DNA from: a virus
Taxonomy: Duplodnaviria; Heunggongvirae; Uroviricota; Caudoviricetes
Reading direction: 5' to 3' (one strand)
Length of the DNA: 8,419 nucleotides
Virus record (IMG/VR): IMGVR_UViG_2671181188_000016
Made by a program: the position numbers and the translations under genes. Positions 1 through 6,355 of the stretch are shown piece by piece (the stretch's first letter is position 1; every line of letters begins with the position of its first letter). Below the pieces are notes generated by a model that saw only the letters and a program-made list of their open reading frames with translations, was not told where the DNA came from and did no database searches.

Positions 1-1224
1 ATGAGCAGGGCAATTCATAGACTTAGCGACACTCTTTTACGAAAATTAAGCGGATCACCAACCACAAAAAGCACCTTTTTTAATGATGGTGGCAACCTTA
101 GCGTAAGGCATTCAACCAATGGCCTGTTAACCTGGTATTTCACTTACAGGTCCGGAACTGGTAGGCAGATATCACCTGAACGTCTGAGGCTGGGAAATTA
201 TCCAGATTTGAGCCTGAAAGCAGCCAGGGAAAAAGCGTCGCAATGTCGCGCATGGCTGGCTGAGGGGAAAAATCCGCGCTATGAACTTAATCATGCTGTA
301 CAGGACGCGTTAGCCCCCGTGACGGTTAAGGAAGCGCTCACTTACTGGCTTGAATCGTACGCAAAGGAAAAGCGCACTGACTACGAATCACTGAAAAGCC
401 GGATCAATAAACACATAATTAGCCAGATTGGAGCTATGCCACTGGAAAAATGCGAGCTACGCCACTGGCTGGCCTGTTTTGACCAGCTTGCTAAGCGTAA
501 TCCGGTATCAGCCGGATTTTTGCTACAGGTATGCAAACAGGCGCTTAAGTACTGCCGAAAACGACGATACGCAATCAGCAACGTTCTTGATGATATGGTT
601 GTCGGTGATGTTGGGAAAAAAGCAGAAATAAGCGAGCGCGTACTAACAAACAAGGAGCTTGGGGAATTACTACGCGCCCTTGATGAAAAAATTTACCCAC
701 CGTACTACAGCGCCCTGATTCGCCTCCTGATTGTCTTCGGATGTCGTACCACTGAGCTAAGACGCTCTGAGGTCCAGGAATGGGATTTTAAAGAAATGCT
801 CTGGACCGTGCCGAAAGAACACAGCAAAACGAAGGTAGCAATATTCAGGCCAATACCGGAAGCGATCTTGCCGTTTGTCATGAAGCTGGTGGAGCAGAAC
901 AGGCACACGGGCTTATTGCTCGGAGAACTGAAAGGGCAATCATCCGTATCAGAGTACGGAAGAACGGCACACAGACGCATTAATCAAGCCCCCTGGACGT
1001 TGCACGACATCCGGCACACGTTTACAACGATGCTGAACGATTTAGGCGTGGAACCGCATGTTGTGGAGCAGCTTACCGCGCACCAGTTGCCAGGAATGCA
1101 ACGAGTCTATAATCACTCCCGTTATCTTGATGCAAAACGTGACGCTCTTAATCTATGGGTTGAGCGCCTCGATGTGCTGGCTGGAAATCATGAAAATATT
1201 GTTATGCTGAAGGTGGCCAAATGA
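1..1224 (+). CDS. int: Tyrosine site-specific integrase (P4-type phage integrase family), 407 aa; window starts at its ATG
   Basis: Long ORF from track. C-terminal catalytic-domain motifs typical of tyrosine recombinases: conserved Arg in LIVFGCRTTELRR, HDIRHTF (His-x-x-Arg box), and AHQLPGMQRVYNHSRY with the presumptive nucleophile Tyr. Stop TGA 1222-1224. Internal ORFs on both strands are shadows. Confidence 0.9.
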   Translation: MSRAIHRLSDTLLRKLSGSPTTKSTFFNDGGNLSVRHSTNGLLTWYFTYRSGTGRQISPERLRLGNYPDLSLKAAREKASQCRAWLAEGKNPRYELNHAVQDALAPVTVKEALTYWLESYAKEKRTDYESLKSRINKHIISQIGAMPLEKCELRHWLACFDQLAKRNPVSAGFLLQVCKQALKYCRKRRYAISNVLDDMVVGDVGKKAEISERVLTNKELGELLRALDEKIYPPYYSALIRLLIVFGCRTTELRRSEVQEWDFKEMLWTVPKEHSKTKVAIFRPIPEAILPFVMKLVEQNRHTGLLLGELKGQSSVSEYGRTAHRRINQAPWTLHDIRHTFTTMLNDLGVEPHVVEQLTAHQLPGMQRVYNHSRYLDAKRDALNLWVERLDVLAGNHENIVMLKVAK

Positions 1225-1994
1225 AATTACCTAAAAGACTCTATTATCCGTTACCTGAAGCGGCAGAAAAGTTAGGCTGTGCAATAAAAGATCTTTATCA
1301 TTACGCATATATAGGTGCTCTTAATATTTCTGTATATATACCAAAAATTGATGCTAAAAAATTCAATTTTTCATTATGTCATTTTATCAATGGTTGTAAT
1401 GAGGAAGAATTAATAAAATATCCTTTCAATGATGAATCTGCTGTTTTTGGAAGTAATTTTACAGTTGGTTTAACTGGTGACACTGAATTTTTAGATAGTG
1501 CCATTATTGGTCCTGTAGGGAATTCTATCAAATGTTATTATGTTAGCAGCTTATCAGGGTTTTATTATACTCCGGCATATGTTTTTGCTGATGTCGAATT
1601 TAGCATGAGACAATATATAAAATGTTCTCATCTTACGAATAAGTATGGTGATGATAATCTCATGTATGTTTTTTGTAAGGGTGGTTATGAATTTGATGTT
1701 AACTATTTGTGTGTGATGGCTAGTGATTTAGATAATATAAAAAATACGGGAGACTTCCCGAAGATAACAGAAGATAGCCCAAAAGCATCGTCAAAAAGGA
1801 ATGAGGTTATTTACTCTTTAATTAAACTTATTCCAGAAATGGGTGATGTAGACCTGGACACGGAATCATTACCTAAAATAGCAGATTTAATTGATTCTAT
1901 AGCTGCATCCAGAGGGATAGAATTTCCAAAAACACATTGGCAGACATGGCAAAAGTATTTGGGGCGTGAATCTCAACAAAAACGTAAAAAGTGA
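1221..1994 (+). CDS. Hypothetical 257-aa protein; AT-rich cargo gene start-overlapping int; N-terminus resembles an excisionase/AlpA-like HTH; C-terminal ~200 aa unrecognised
   Basis: ATG at 1221 overlaps the int stop (ATGA); SD-like AAGGTGG about 6 nt upstream. A 257-codon uninterrupted ORF in strongly AT-rich DNA (by eye about one third G+C versus about half in flanking genes) is unlikely by chance. N-terminal LYYPLPEAAEKLGCAIKDLYHYAYIG looks HTH-like. No Walker, nuclease or other catalytic motif recognised. Confidence 0.7.
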   Translation: MKLPKRLYYPLPEAAEKLGCAIKDLYHYAYIGALNISVYIPKIDAKKFNFSLCHFINGCNEEELIKYPFNDESAVFGSNFTVGLTGDTEFLDSAIIGPVGNSIKCYYVSSLSGFYYTPAYVFADVEFSMRQYIKCSHLTNKYGDDNLMYVFCKGGYEFDVNYLCVMASDLDNIKNTGDFPKITEDSPKASSKRNEVIYSLIKLIPEMGDVDLDTESLPKIADLIDSIAASRGIEFPKTHWQTWQKYLGRESQQKRKK

Positions 1995-2023
1995 TATCAC
2001 GTGCTGGTAGTGTGATATCACAC
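1991..2023. promoter_or_regulatory. Tandem palindromic operator-like sites: GTGATATCAC (1991-2000) and GTGTGATATCACAC (2010-2023), centres 21 bp apart
   Basis: Two perfect palindromes read directly from the sequence, spaced two helical turns apart, between the stop of the cargo ORF (which the first palindrome overlaps) and the alpA start. Candidate -10 TAGAAT at 2045-2050 downstream. Confidence 0.45.
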
Positions 2024-2050
2024 AAACGGCGTTTTACTACCGCCTAGAAT

Positions 2051-2085
2051 CGTCCTCGTTCGGCAACGTTCGAGGACGTTTTTTT
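2051..2085 (+). terminator. Intrinsic terminator / attenuator hairpin immediately abutting the alpA ATG
   Basis: Stem CGTCCTCG (2051-2058) pairs with CGAGGACG (2071-2078), 12-nt loop, followed by a run of 7 T (2079-2085). The alpA ATG is at 2086, with no SD between. Confidence 0.6.
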
Positions 2086-2310
2086 ATGAATCAAAATACA
2101 CAATTTCAATCACTATCAGATCGCGTAATCCGTGAGGATGAATGCCGTAAGTTAACAGGAGTGTGCCGCACTACACGCTACGAACTGGAGAAAAAAGGGA
2201 ATTTCCCGTCACGCCGTAATCTGGGTGGTCGTTCAGTAGGTTGGCTGCTTTCCGAGGTTATGGAATGGGTTAAAAGCCGGGATCGTATTAATTCAGGTAA
2301 GGCAGCGTAG
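2086..2310 (+). CDS. alpA: AlpA-family (prophage CP4-57-type) transcriptional regulator / excisionase-like HTH protein, 74 aa
   Basis: Sequence RKLTGVCRTTRYELEKKGNFPSRRNLGGRSVGWLLSEVMEWVKSR matches the AlpA signature (HTH followed by FP...LG.RSVGW..E..EW). Position downstream of int is typical of satellites and cryptic prophages. Confidence 0.85.
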   Translation: MNQNTQFQSLSDRVIREDECRKLTGVCRTTRYELEKKGNFPSRRNLGGRSVGWLLSEVMEWVKSRDRINSGKAA

Positions 2311-2335
2311 GGGGAACATATGACACATAAAACAA

Positions 2336-2355
2336 AGGCGACCTGTGGCGGTCGC
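2336..2355 (-). terminator. Possible minus-strand terminator hairpin between convergent alpA and the RHH-like gene
   Basis: GGCGACC (2336-2342) and GGTCGCC (2349-2355) are inverted repeats with a 6-nt loop. On the minus strand the hairpin is followed by TTTGTTTTAT (plus 2326-2335). No T-run on the plus strand. Confidence 0.3.
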
Positions 2356-2444
2356 CAATGGGAAAACACTAAACATAAGCCCGAACATCATAGCGATTTG
2401 CTGTCTGGTGGGCAATGTGCTCAGTGTGCTGGCTTGCTGGTGGA

Positions 2445-2624
2445 CTATTCCTGCTCTTTGGCCTTGCGGCGCTGGCGGCGTTTGATCTCGCCTTCAAGTG
2501 CCGAAACGATAAATTGCCCAGTGCTTTCGCCTTCTTCCTTTAAATTTTCTACGGCGTCAGCTATTGCATGGGGGACTCGTGCCTCAAGTTTTTTGGATTT
2601 TCCATTAACTGCTTTCGTTGCCAT
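2445..2624 (-). CDS. Small ribbon-helix-helix-like DNA-binding protein, 59 aa from the internal ATG (longest ORF extends to 2807); candidate repressor/regulator
   Basis: Minus-strand ORF; the ATG at plus 2622-2624 has a good SD (AAGGAA, about 7 nt spacing), whereas the longer 120-aa form has a hydrophobic, shadow-like N-extension. KKLEARVPHAIADAVENLKEEGESTGQFIVSALEGEI fits a beta-strand plus two helices as in RHH proteins; basic C-tail. Divergent from a promoter carrying direct repeats. Confidence 0.5.
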   Translation of the reverse strand: MATKAVNGKSKKLEARVPHAIADAVENLKEEGESTGQFIVSALEGEIKRRQRRKAKEQE

Positions 2625-2645
2625 ATCTGATTTCCTTGTTATTAG

Positions 2646-2727
2646 GTGGCTGACAGTATACACACAAGAAAATGGAAAAACACTATTGACGTGGCTGACA
2701 CCTGTTACTAGTATAGTGGCTGACACC
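2646..2727. promoter_or_regulatory. Divergent promoter/operator region: rightward sigma70-like promoter (-35 TTGACG 2686-2691, 17-bp spacer, -10 TAGTAT 2709-2714) within three direct repeats GTGGCTGACA at 2646-2655, 2691-2700 and 2716-2725
   Basis: Near-consensus -35/-10 with 17-bp spacing read from the sequence. The 10-bp repeat occurs three times (copies 2 and 3 extend to GTGGCTGACACC): copy 2 overlaps -35/spacer, copy 3 the predicted start site, copy 1 a leftward -10-like TATACT (plus 2655-2660) upstream of the RHH gene. Confidence 0.5.
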
Positions 2728-2743
2728 TTTATTGAGGTAATCG

Positions 2744-2791
2744 ATGAAAAGACAAAGCCCGCAGGTGCTACCAACACCAACGGGCTTCTAA
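2744..2791 (+). CDS. Possible 15-aa leader peptide (MKRQSPQVLPTPTGF) just downstream of the rightward promoter
   Basis: ATG 2744 preceded by GAGGT with about 5 nt spacing; stop TAA 2789-2791. Too short to call with confidence. Confidence 0.2.
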   Translation: MKRQSPQVLPTPTGF

Positions 2792-2823
2792 CAACCAACG
2801 ATAGCAACAGTATCGAGGTAGCT

Positions 2824-3027
2824 ATGAGAAATCATACCACACACCCGCAAGGGCGGGACTCGCACAACCTGAATAAATACATCTGGCGTTTTCTGGCCCT
2901 GAGTGCCGGAGAATCTCAAATCATCCACGTAACCGCCTGGACGGAACGCGAAGCGCGTAGCCGTTGCCCGTCAGGTTGTGTTGCTGTATTTGTCGCCCGT
3001 ATTCGTCAGGGGGTGTGCCGTGCTTAA
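2824..3027 (+). CDS. Hypothetical small protein, 67 aa; uncertain, may be untranslated leader
   Basis: Downstream part of track ORF 2320..3027; ATG 2824 with GAGGT about 6 nt upstream. Arg/Cys-rich, not obviously protein-like; the upstream part of the track ORF overlaps the minus-strand RHH gene and the promoter and is rejected. Confidence 0.25.
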   Translation: MRNHTTHPQGRDSHNLNKYIWRFLALSAGESQIIHVTAWTEREARSRCPSGCVAVFVARIRQGVCRA

Positions 3028-3205
3028 AACCTTCCGCGTTTTTTCCCGTGCTGTTAACAAGCGCGGCTATACCGTTGGCATCACGCAGAACGTGAAGGCC
3101 GTTAATATGCAAGCGGCGATTGATTCAGTAATCAGTAATTCCGGTAAAGCAGGTTTATCACATGTAATTATTGCAGCAGTACATGAATTAAAAGGGGGGC
3201 ATTAA
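3020..3205 (+). CDS. Hypothetical small protein, 61 aa from GTG 3020 (track ORF from 2978); stop overlaps the next start
   Basis: ORF track 2978..3205. In-frame GTG at 3020 is preceded by an AGGGGG SD-like element; stop TAA 3203-3205 overlaps the ATG at 3205 (TAATG). Confidence 0.35.
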   Translation: MLKTFRVFSRAVNKRGYTVGITQNVKAVNMQAAIDSVISNSGKAGLSHVIIAAVHELKGGH

Positions 3206-3396
3206 TGAAGGAAATTACATTACACGAAGCCGCTGAACGTGCGCACCAGACAGAAATTATTTGCCGACTTCTTGAGGTGTACCCTAATAAATTAAATGAT
3301 GGTGATATATCCGCATTAGCTGGCCTTCTGGCAAAACTTTCTGGAAGTGTTGCGCTGTGGTTAATTGATGAGAGATTTAAACGCTATGAACAATAA
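3205..3396 (+). CDS. Hypothetical small protein, 63 aa (early operon)
   Basis: ATG 3205 with a G-rich SD (AAAGGGGGG) upstream; co-directional and tightly packed with neighbours. No recognisable domain. Confidence 0.5.
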   Translation: MKEITLHEAAERAHQTEIICRLLEVYPNKLNDGDISALAGLLAKLSGSVALWLIDERFKRYEQ

Positions 3397-3628
3397 CAAA
3401 CGCGTGATTCATGAACTGAATGAACTCACACAAAGCGCAATATCTTACAACAATGCCGTAAGTGAGATTATTAACGTCTGGTTTGAATCGCTGACAAATT
3501 GCGAGCGTGACGAGTCAACGACAAGATTAACCTTTGCCATTTCTGAATTACTGAATATTTCCACCAGCAAAATAGAGAGCATATCAGAGAAGATTAACGG
3601 CTTATCAGGTCACGCTATCGGAGAATAA
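3386..3628 (+). CDS. Hypothetical small protein, about 80 aa (track ORF from 3365; ATG 3386 preferred)
   Basis: Overlaps the preceding ORF's 3' end by 11 nt; GAGAGA SD-like about 9 nt upstream of ATG 3386. No recognisable domain. Confidence 0.5.
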   Translation: MNNNKRVIHELNELTQSAISYNNAVSEIINVWFESLTNCERDESTTRLTFAISELLNISTSKIESISEKINGLSGHAIGE

Positions 3629-3633
3629 AAATA

Positions 3634-3933
3634 ATGAAACTTAAATATTCTGGCTTAACTGCCAGCGGCAAAACTCGCACTAAATTCATGTGCGGGGATA
3701 TTTACCGCGATAAGTACGGCGGCACGGTAATGATTAAGGGCGTGGAGGAACGGCGCGTAACTTACCGCCGTGAAGGCTACGAATATGATTGCGTTATGCC
3801 TGTTTATCAGTTCAACCGTGATTTTTCTCTGGTACAGGCAGCGCCCCGCAGTAAGCCAACCAGCAGGGAGAAAGCACGCGCCAATATTCAGGAAATAAAA
3901 AAGATGCTTAACGTATTCAGGGGTAAAAAATGA
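3634..3933 (+). CDS. Hypothetical 99-aa basic protein immediately upstream of, and stop-start overlapping, the replication gene
   Basis: ATG 3634 with GGAGA about 9 nt upstream; stop TGA 3931-3933 overlaps the ATG 3930 of the next gene (ATGA). Lys/Arg/Tyr-rich. Its position before the primase gene is where P4 carries epsilon, but no sequence identity is claimed. Confidence 0.6.
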   Translation: MKLKYSGLTASGKTRTKFMCGDIYRDKYGGTVMIKGVEERRVTYRREGYEYDCVMPVYQFNRDFSLVQAAPRSKPTSREKARANIQEIKKMLNVFRGKK

Positions 3934-5684
3934 AACTGGCACCGAACGTAAAAAAACAGCCACGCGGAATAAAACACAAAGACACAGAGGTGATTATTTT
4001 CGCGGGTAGTGATGCGTGGGCACATGCAAAACAGTGGCAGGAGCAGGACGGCCCCGCATCCGGCGATAATGTGCCTCCTGTGTGGCTTGGGCCAAATCAG
4101 CTTGCCGAACTTTATGCACTGCAAATTGTTCCTGATGGAAAAAAACGCGTAAGGCTGTACCAGGCAGGAGAACTGGACTTGGTGGAGACCAAAAAGATTG
4201 GTCAGAAGCTGGCGGCGGCAGGTGTACAGGATGCAAATTTTTACCCCGAAGGAATGCACGTTCAGAAGGTGGAGAACTGGCGCGAATATCTTGCCCGTGA
4301 GCGCCAGAATCTTTCTGATGGTCTGGTCGTTGAGCTTCCGGTAAAGCAAAAGGCGCAACTTTCACAGATGGCGGACAGTGAGCGCGCGCAGATGCTTGCT
4401 GGTCGATTTGATGGCGTTTGCGTACATCCTGAAAGTGAAATCGTTCACGTATGGCGCGGCGGGGTATGGTGTCCGGTCAGCACAATGGAACTTAGCCGCG
4501 AAATGGTGGCGATCTATTCAGAGCACAGGGCCACTTTCAGCAAGCGCGTAATCAATAACGCCGTTGAAGCGTTAAAAGTTATTGCCGAACCAATGGGGGA
4601 GCCGTCCGGCGATTTGCTGCCGTTCGCCAATGGTGCGCTTGACCTGAAAACGGGGGAATTTTCCCCGCACACGCCGGAGAACTGGATCACCACGCACAAC
4701 GGCATTGAGTACACGCCACCAGCACCTGGGGAGAACATCCGCGACAACGCGCCAAACTTTCACAAATGGCTTGATCACGCAGCCGGAAAAGACCCGCGCA
4801 AGATGATGCGTATATGTGCCGCGCTGTACATGATTATGGCGAACCGGTACGACTGGCAGATGTTTATTGAGGCCACCGGAGACGGCGGTAGCGGTAAAAG
4901 TACATTCACACACATAGCCAGCCTTCTGGCAGGGAAACAGAACACCGTAAGCGCGGAGATGACATCACTCGATGATGCAGGAGGGCGCGCGCAGGTTGTC
5001 GGGAGTCGTCTTATCGTCCTGGCTGACCAGCCGAAATATACAGGCGAAGGAACGGGCATCAAGAAAATCACGGGCGGCGACCCCGTGGAAATTAACCCGA
5101 AATATGAAAAGCGTTTCACGGCGGTAATCAGGGCGGTGGTGCTGGCGACCAACAACAACCCGATGATATTCACCGAACGGGCCGGAGGCGTGGCACGTCG
5201 TCGGGTTATTTTTCGCTTTGACAATATCGTTAGCGAGGCAGAAAAGGACAAGGATTTGCCGGAGAAGGTCGCGGCTGAAATCCCTGTGATTATCCGCCGC
5301 TTGCTGGCTAATTTTGCTGACCCTGAAAAGGCACGGGCTTTATTACTGGAACAGCGCGACGGTGATGAAGCACTGGCGATAAAGCAACAGACAGATCCGG
5401 TTATTGAGTTTTGCCAGTTCCTGAATTTTCTGGAGGAAGCGCGCGGCCTGATGATGGGTGGCGGTGGCGATTCCGTGAAGTACACGACCAGAAACAGCCT
5501 TTACCGCGTCTATCTGGCGTTTATGGCATACGCAGGAAGAAGCAAGCCGCTAAACGTGGCTGATTTCAGCAAGGCCATGAAGCCAGCGGCGAAAGTTTAC
5601 GGACATGAATATATTACGCGAAAAGTTAAGGGAGTAACGCAGACCAACGCAATTACAACTGATGATTGCGACGCGTTTTTATAA
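3930..5684 (+). CDS. Replication initiator: primase/helicase-type protein with P-loop NTPase domain (P4 alpha / D5-like, SF3 helicase class), 584 aa
   Basis: Walker A motif ATGDGGSGKST and a downstream hydrophobic stretch ending in Asp (RLIVLAD, Walker B-like) read from the translation. Size and position (followed by an iteron array) match satellite pri-rep genes. The numerous minus-strand ORFs inside it are shadows. Confidence 0.85.
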   Translation: MKLAPNVKKQPRGIKHKDTEVIIFAGSDAWAHAKQWQEQDGPASGDNVPPVWLGPNQLAELYALQIVPDGKKRVRLYQAGELDLVETKKIGQKLAAAGVQDANFYPEGMHVQKVENWREYLARERQNLSDGLVVELPVKQKAQLSQMADSERAQMLAGRFDGVCVHPESEIVHVWRGGVWCPVSTMELSREMVAIYSEHRATFSKRVINNAVEALKVIAEPMGEPSGDLLPFANGALDLKTGEFSPHTPENWITTHNGIEYTPPAPGENIRDNAPNFHKWLDHAAGKDPRKMMRICAALYMIMANRYDWQMFIEATGDGGSGKSTFTHIASLLAGKQNTVSAEMTSLDDAGGRAQVVGSRLIVLADQPKYTGEGTGIKKITGGDPVEINPKYEKRFTAVIRAVVLATNNNPMIFTERAGGVARRRVIFRFDNIVSEAEKDKDLPEKVAAEIPVIIRRLLANFADPEKARALLLEQRDGDEALAIKQQTDPVIEFCQFLNFLEEARGLMMGGGGDSVKYTTRNSLYRVYLAFMAYAGRSKPLNVADFSKAMKPAAKVYGHEYITRKVKGVTQTNAITTDDCDAFL

Positions 5685-5692
5685 TTTTAGAC

Positions 5693-5927
5693 AAAAGCCC
5701 TCTACCTCTTCTACCCGAATGAAATAAACGCATATTATTCAATATGATAAGTGGGTAGAGGGGCAGGTAGAAGGCAAATAAAAGCCCTCTACCCCCTCCA
5801 CCTTGATTAAGGTCGTTTGTGAGGGGCGGGTAGAGGATGGGTAGAGGGCCACGAAAAGCCCTCTACCCATCTGAAAGCCGCGCCATTACTGACCTGAAAG
5901 ATGATTAGGTAGAAGAGGTAGAGGAGG
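5693..5927. repeat. Candidate replication origin: iteron array of GCCCTCTACC-type repeats in both orientations around an AT-rich segment
   Basis: Direct copies AAAAGCCCTCTACC at 5693-5706, 5780-5793 and 5854-5867. Inverted copies (GGTAGAGGG...) at 5754-5764, 5829-5838, 5839-5850, plus degenerate GGTAGAAG/GGTAGAGGAGG at 5908-5927. AT-rich stretch 5718-5750 between the first convergent pair. Lies directly 3' of the primase/helicase gene. Confidence 0.65.
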
Positions 5928-5973
5928 TGCACCACAACCTAAAACTTTTTAAACGAGGGGGGTAAAAATAAAA

Positions 5974-6225
5974 ATGCACACATCAGGAAAATTGAACAAT
6001 CAGAAGAAACCACATAACCGCGCCATTGACCTTACAGAGCACTGGCTGAGGGTGGCGATAAAAATCATCGACCGCCACACACGGGAAGGATACGCGAAGG
6101 AGAATCCCGAACTGATAAGCGCATTCATGACCACAGCGGCGGCAAACTTTGCCACGCTGACAGAGCGGGAGATTGCAGAAGCGGAACAGGTAACAACCAT
6201 CAACGTTAAAAGCACTGGAGAATAA
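5974..6225 (+). CDS. Hypothetical 83-aa protein downstream of the origin
   Basis: ORF from track; G-rich SD-like GAGGGGGG upstream with rather long spacing; followed by an intrinsic terminator. No recognised domain. Confidence 0.5.
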   Translation: MHTSGKLNNQKKPHNRAIDLTEHWLRVAIKIIDRHTREGYAKENPELISAFMTTAAANFATLTEREIAEAEQVTTINVKSTGE

Positions 6226-6243
6226 CCGAAGTAGTGAGCACAT

Positions 6244-6267
6244 AGCCGGAGCAATCCGGCTTTTTTT
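6244..6267 (+). terminator. Rho-independent terminator
   Basis: Stem AGCCGGA (6244-6250) pairs with TCCGGCT (6255-6261), loop GCAA, then a run of 7 T (6261-6267). Confidence 0.7.
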
Positions 6268-6355
6268 CGATCTCTCATATCTTAAAAAATGGTTGATTAA
6301 TGATAATCTATCGAAAATACTGATTATGCGATGATAAGTATCAGGAGGAAACAAA

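Noticed and set aside
381-980. ORFs 381..653 (-), 428..631 (+) and 705..980 (-) inside the integrase gene
   Set aside because: Fully nested in the well-supported integrase reading frame, with no SD and no domain signal; typical shadow or alternative-frame ORFs.
2178-2369. Minus-strand ORF 2178..2369 overlapping alpA
   Set aside because: Antisense to the convincing AlpA-family gene; shadow ORF.
2625-2807. N-terminal extension of the minus-strand ORF (120-aa form, 2445..2807)
   Set aside because: The extension is hydrophobic and low-complexity, would place the start inside the operator repeats, and the internal ATG at 2622-2624 has a much better SD; the 59-aa form is preferred.
2320-2823. 5' portion of plus-strand track ORF 2320..3027
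   Set aside because: Runs antisense through the minus-strand RHH-like gene and straight across the divergent promoter/operator; only the part downstream of ATG 2824 is kept as a low-confidence candidate.
2921-3112. Minus-strand ORF 2921..3112
   Set aside because: No SD, antisense to the early operon, short; likely spurious.
3655-5485. Minus-strand ORFs 3655..3963, 3888..4358, 3994..4365, 4514..4747, 4572..4913 and 4775..5485
   Set aside because: All antisense to ORF99 and the primase/helicase gene; Pro/Arg/Ser-rich shadow translations of a G+C-rich coding strand.
5693-5927. Iteron repeats as a possible CRISPR array
   Set aside because: Repeats are short, irregularly spaced, in both orientations, lie next to a replication initiator, and there are no cas genes or uniform spacers; an origin is the better explanation.
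6290-6330. Sigma70 promoter for the packaging operon (TTGATT 6294-6299; GATAAT 6303-6308; AATACT 6318-6323)
   Set aside because: Hexamers and spacings are individually weak and several combinations are possible; not annotated as a feature. A late-activator-dependent promoter is plausible but cannot be pinned down from sequence alone.
5983-6354. Minus-strand ORFs 5983..6354 and 6000..6278
   Set aside because: Antisense to ORF 5974..6225 and crossing the plus-strand terminator; composition is shadow-like.
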